From contig JAZOBA010000116.1 of NCBI GenBank assembly GCA_045595705.1, positions 90 through 64,089 of the forward strand: a stretch of 64,000 nucleotides of DNA. Direction: 5' to 3'. The stretch's first letter is position 1. Each line of letters begins with the position of its first letter. A program made the translations under genes and the position numbers. Source of the stretch: Oscillospiraceae bacterium. GTDB taxonomy: Bacteria; Bacillota; Clostridia; Oscillospirales; Oscillospiraceae. Under the pieces are notes generated by a model that was not told the origin of the DNA, ran no database searches, and saw nothing but the letters and a program-made list of their open reading frames with translations. Below are positions 60,869 through 64,000 of this stretch, one piece after another.

Positions 60869-60993
60869 ATTTCACAATTACCAAAACCACAATGTATGGT
60901 ACTATCTGCTCTTTCACAAATACTATGTATTGTGGATTTCACAGCCACTAAAAATTTCACAAAAATTTTTGTGCGCAAATCATGCGCAAATCA
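60869..60993. repeat. Repeat cluster: four direct (A)TTTCACA copies, a 16-bp palindrome and an 11-bp tandem duplication
   Basis: (A)TTTCACA at 60869, 60912, 60936 and 60954. CACAAAAATTTTTGTG at 60958-60973. TGCGCAAATCA twice at 60972-60993. CCACAAT/ATTGTGG at about 60888 and 60929. Confidence 0.75.
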
Positions 60994-61069
60994 CTTAAAT
61001 TTCGCGGCTTTTTACCTCGTTTTGCTTTAACATACTAAATTATAACTAGCCTCGAAATTGCTTCACAAT

Positions 61070-61564
61070 TCAGCCATCTATCCTAATTATCTCAACATCT
61101 ATAAACTTACTCGCATATAACAATGTATTCCGTGTTCCACCAGCTTCTCCATTATACACTGCTATTACTCTTTTACTGTGATTTACCATCCATTCATTGC
61201 GTACTTGATAAACAGCAGGATAATATCTCTTACTTATAAACCTTACCAAATCTGCCTTACTGAGGACTTCATTATACTCTGCTTTATCTGCTTCATTCCA
61301 TCTGCTCTCAAATCCTTCAAATGGAACAGCAGCTATCAATTTTATAGCAGGATTCTTTGCTCTCTGCTTTATTACTTCCTCTGCGGCTATAAGGTCTATG
61401 CCTCTGCTCATACCACTAATGAATGTTCTATATCCGTCTTTGATGGCTCTTTTAATTTCACTCTGCAACTTCAACTTCACTATGAATACTGGAACTTTTA
61501 ACTTCTCCGGTCTATGACCAGTAAAGCAGCATCTATGTAGCCTAAGTTCAGATTCGTTACTCAT
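61070..61564 (-). CDS. SLOG-superfamily DUF1273 (YpsA-like) protein
   Basis: The hallmark N-terminus is CCFTGHRPEKL. The blocks FISGMSRGIDLIAAEEV and GGTRNT fit the YpsA/DUF1273 family. Confidence 0.7.
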   Translation of the reverse strand: MSNESELRLHRCCFTGHRPEKLKVPVFIVKLKLQSEIKRAIKDGYRTFISGMSRGIDLIAAEEVIKQRAKNPAIKLIAAVPFEGFESRWNEADKAEYNEVLSKADLVRFISKRYYPAVYQVRNEWMVNHSKRVIAVYNGEAGGTRNTLLYASKFIDVEIIRIDG

Positions 61565-61883
61565 CAGTATCTATAAACCTCTGTTTAAACTCCAACCATT
61601 TCTTATTAGTTTCCTCTGGTGTCATTTTCTTGATACCGTGTTCTCTCTCATAATAATCATCTAACTGATCCTTGTATTCCGGGAATTGCTCAAGTATCTC
61701 AAAATAACACTCAGCATAGTTTCCCTCTGCACATTTCTCCAAGCAGGAAATAAACATCTCAAAGGACATGGGTGCTTCTCCACACAATCCATCCCACTCT
61801 TCCTCTGTAAAATCTGGAGCATCTGCAATACTATCATCAGTGAGCAGCTTATAAATTATATATGCTTTTTCTTTATTAGTCAT
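61557..61883 (-). CDS. Hypothetical acidic protein, 108 aa
   Basis: ORF with a GGAGGG RBS. It is very Asp/Glu-rich. Its stop overlaps the SLOG gene start by 8 nt. I recognise no family. Confidence 0.55.
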   Translation of the reverse strand: MTNKEKAYIIYKLLTDDSIADAPDFTEEEWDGLCGEAPMSFEMFISCLEKCAEGNYAECYFEILEQFPEYKDQLDDYYEREHGIKKMTPEETNKKWLEFKQRFIDTDE

Positions 61884-61941
61884 AGTTATCCCTCCTCTGC
61901 TAAATTATAGATACATTTTTCAGTATAGTAAAGACTTTAAA

Positions 61942-61975
61942 TTCACAAGATAATGATGGTGTATTATTTTGTGAA
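61942..61975. promoter_or_regulatory. Inverted repeat TTCACAA-N20-TTGTGAA in the divergent promoter region upstream of the XRE gene (candidate operator)
   Basis: TTCACAA at 61942-61948 and TTGTGAA at 61969-61975. The core is the same as the repeats at 60869-60961. Confidence 0.4.
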
Positions 61976-61989
61976 AGGGTGTTTACTTT

Positions 61990-62205
61990 ATGATTAGCTA
62001 TAAACCGCTATGGGAAACTATGAAACATAGAGGCATTACTACTTACACCCTTATTCACAACTACGATATGAACCCGAGGACTATTTATCGCCTCAAGCAT
62101 AACAAGTCTATTACATTATACACCCTTGAGAGGCTTTGCAATATCTTAAACTGTCAAGCGGAGAGTATTGTTTTATTTACACCAGATGAAATAGAAGAGC
62201 AGTAA
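61990..62205 (+). CDS. Small XRE/Cro-type helix-turn-helix transcriptional regulator
   Basis: 71 aa. The stretch ...MKHRGITTYTLIHNYDMNPRTIYRLKHNKSITLYTLERLCNILNC is an HTH of the Cro/C1 (HTH_26-like) kind. Confidence 0.7.
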   Translation: MISYKPLWETMKHRGITTYTLIHNYDMNPRTIYRLKHNKSITLYTLERLCNILNCQAESIVLFTPDEIEEQ

Positions 62206-62229
62206 ACCTACTTGGAGGTCTACTGCTCT
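62196..62229. terminator. Hairpin between the convergent XRE and DUF3846 genes
   Basis: AGAGCAGTA-(16-nt loop)-TACTGCTCT followed by TTGCTTTTT. Confidence 0.45.
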
Positions 62230-62250
62230 TTGCTTTTTATAACTGCTTAT

Positions 62251-62634
62251 TTACCAGAGCTTGATTACTGCAATGTTTCCATCGGGGTCTAATACAAACA
62301 TTTCAGGAGCTTCGAATAAACTTCTAAATTTCTCACACTGCTCATCTGTCAAACTCTCAAACTCTGAACTGTCTGCCGGTGCTCCACAGATGAAGAAATC
62401 ACCAAATATCACATCATAGATTGCTCCGTTATCAAATCTCAGGCATCTATTGGGAGTATATCCACCAAGTTTCCCTTCTTCATTGCACACCAAGGCTACC
62501 TGTTCCTCAAAGGGGTAGGTGGCCTCTATGTAACCACCTACTGCCTTTTGCATACCTTCCAAGGAACCATCTATCTCTTTGATCACTGCTTCCTCACCAG
62601 ACCCGACATAAACAACTCTCAACTTCTTAGGCAT
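62251..62634 (-). CDS. DUF3846-like protein
   Basis: 127 aa. The pattern ...GSLEGMQKAVGGYIE....VALVCNEEGKL...PNR fits my memory of DUF3846, which is common on conjugative and integrative elements. True ATG at 62632-62634, overlapping the integrase stop by 8 nt. Confidence 0.55.
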   Translation of the reverse strand: MPKKLRVVYVGSGEEAVIKEIDGSLEGMQKAVGGYIEATYPFEEQVALVCNEEGKLGGYTPNRCLRFDNGAIYDVIFGDFFICGAPADSSEFESLTDEQCEKFRSLFEAPEMFVLDPDGNIAVIKLW

Positions 62635-63916
62635 CTTCTGTTCCTCCTTTAATTCCGTCAAATGCAAAGGCAGCATTCACAACTTCCGACCGGTATACGT
62701 GACCATATGTTTTCTGTATCTGCTCGGTGCTCTTGTGACCTGCAATCTTTGCCACTGTTTCCATCTTTATGCCTTTGTACAACATGTAACTAATGCTTGA
62801 ATGGCGAAGCTTGTGAAAGGTCATTGGTGGGAGATTATACCTCTCTAACAACAGTTTAAACCACTCCGAGTAGGGATCAGGGTAGGGTAATCCTCCGGCA
62901 GGATGAAGTCGGGTCTGATTCAGCGCAATAAACAACATGTCTGTCTTTGGAATGATTCCATTGCTCACTTCAAAGAGCTTGTCCAATTCGTTTATTAGTT
63001 CCTCAAGTATCCCCAGTATCTCATCGTTCACACCTACCCAGTTTTCCTCTGTACTCTTGAGCCTGTTGGTCATGAAGATGCCTTTCTCTTTGGTATAGAG
63101 GACACTATGACAGAAGTGAATGTATTTCTCTTCGAAATTTATATCCTGCCTGTGAATACCCAGTATCTCACCTCTACGTGCAGCAGTATATATTCCAAGA
63201 TAAACAATGGCTCGCTTGTACAGGATCCCCAGCTTCTCCTTCTGTAAGGTGAATGCTTGATACTTACCGGTTTGTTCCTTGATTGCCAGCTCTGCAAGGT
63301 TTAAATGGGTGTCTTGGTCAACAATGTTCAGCAGCTCCGCCAATTGCTCGGCATTGTAATAAACCATTTCACCACGGTCATCTATGGTCGGCTTATCAAC
63401 TGTATCACATGGGTTATTGGGGATTACATGGAGCTTTTCCACTGCATACTTAAACATACCTTGTAACAGTGTGAAGGCATCTTTAATTGTTCCGTCTGAA
63501 TAACGCTTCCGCTTGCTCTTGTTAAACCTTGCCTCAGGAGTTCTCAGATAGTTCAGGAACTTATTTATATCAGATTCCTGCACATGAACCACTTTCATTC
63601 CTTGGAAATATGGCTCTATCTGATACTTCCAGATATCCTTGTATTTCTGCTCTGTCTTCAAGGCTATCTTCTTTGTTCTCTCCGAGGTCTGGTAGGTCAT
63701 GTACTTGGTAAACAATTCTCCAACTGTCATTTTCCTCAATGACTGAGAGGTTTGACCATCCAGCTTACCTGTTTGCCTCAGGTTCTCTTCTAAAATGATG
63801 GCCTGTTTCTCTGCTTCCTTACGGGTCTTTGCTTGAATAACTCTGCTGGCTCGGTGACCATCTACACAAAATGATAACCTGTACTTGCCATTCTGCAGCT
63901 CTTGCACGCTTGGCAT
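62627..63916 (-). CDS. int: Tyrosine-type site-specific recombinase/integrase with N-terminal arm-binding-like domain
   Basis: Catalytic signature R (TAARRGEILG), HKLRHS, GHKS and YGHVY. The N-terminus GKYRLSFCVDGHR..KTRKEAE resembles AP2-like arm-type DNA-binding domains of Tn916-family integrases. An AAGGAGGA RBS lies upstream. Confidence 0.9.
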   Translation of the reverse strand: MPSVQELQNGKYRLSFCVDGHRASRVIQAKTRKEAEKQAIILEENLRQTGKLDGQTSQSLRKMTVGELFTKYMTYQTSERTKKIALKTEQKYKDIWKYQIEPYFQGMKVVHVQESDINKFLNYLRTPEARFNKSKRKRYSDGTIKDAFTLLQGMFKYAVEKLHVIPNNPCDTVDKPTIDDRGEMVYYNAEQLAELLNIVDQDTHLNLAELAIKEQTGKYQAFTLQKEKLGILYKRAIVYLGIYTAARRGEILGIHRQDINFEEKYIHFCHSVLYTKEKGIFMTNRLKSTEENWVGVNDEILGILEELINELDKLFEVSNGIIPKTDMLFIALNQTRLHPAGGLPYPDPYSEWFKLLLERYNLPPMTFHKLRHSSISYMLYKGIKMETVAKIAGHKSTEQIQKTYGHVYRSEVVNAAFAFDGIKGGTEDA

Positions 63917-64000
63917 TGTTTAGTCCTCCTTTAATCCTAATTTCTAGTAATTTTCTTAACTAGTCCGCGAAGTGTAACGCTGAAATGGGTAAAAATCAAC

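Larger units (their letters stand above)
60830..64000. mobile_element. Low-GC integrative element (partial; right boundary not visible), carrying a tyrosine integrase
   Basis: Composition changes abruptly. A hand-counted 60-mer at 61081-61140 has 20/60 G+C, against 41/60 at 50281-50340. Contents are an integrase, DUF3846, an XRE regulator and a SLOG protein, all typical of mobile elements. The left boundary is approximate. Confidence 0.7.

Noticed and set aside
60816-60870. tRNA or tmRNA gene as the integration target at the island junction
   Set aside because: I could not fold any cloverleaf-like sequence here or elsewhere in the window. The junction contains only terminator hairpins.
63917-64000. 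CTTAACT shared between 60853-60859 and 63955-63961 as candidate att direct repeats
   Set aside because: Only 7 nt match in AT-rich DNA, which is well within chance. The right end of the element is probably outside the window.

Overview
This is a dense, high-GC chromosomal segment of Bacillota/Clostridia type. Gene content and order look like an Oscillospiraceae/Ruminococcaceae-like gut anaerobe, which is an inference only. I support about 55 protein-coding genes, nearly all housekeeping. They include recJ (fragment), purL, secA, pgeF, rlmD, obg, the rplU-prp-rpmA ribosomal operon, miaB, mutS/mutL, ilvE, metG, tatD, an ABC-F ATPase, gdpP-rplI-dnaB, tilS-hpt-ftsH, azlCD, spoIIP and htrA. I found no rRNA, tRNA or CRISPR array, and no recognisable restriction, toxin-antitoxin or other known defence system. 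Most long ORFs in the supplied track lie antisense to real genes and are high-GC artefacts. Many track ORFs also start too far upstream, so I re-set starts using ribosome-binding sites. Four things deserve a second look. (1) A tightly coupled four-gene cell-envelope operon at 34.3-39.6 kb. It encodes a CBM/PIG-L deacetylase with an Ala/Glu repeat and a C-terminal anchor, a GT2-GtrA fusion, an uncharacterised 511-aa membrane-anchored protein, and a NAGPA-like phosphodiester glycosidase. It may be an undescribed GlcNAc-phosphate surface-glycan editing module. (2) An unannotated 38-codon ORF whose RBS sits inside a perfect 20-bp inverted repeat just after ftsH. (3) An abrupt fall to roughly one-third G+C from about 60.83 kb to the window end. 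This marks a truncated integrative element carrying a tyrosine integrase, DUF3846, a small XRE regulator, an acidic protein and a SLOG/DUF1273 protein. A dense cluster of TTTCACA-type repeats sits at its left end. (4) A TatD-associated radical SAM gene in the metG operon. None of these is proven novel from sequence alone.
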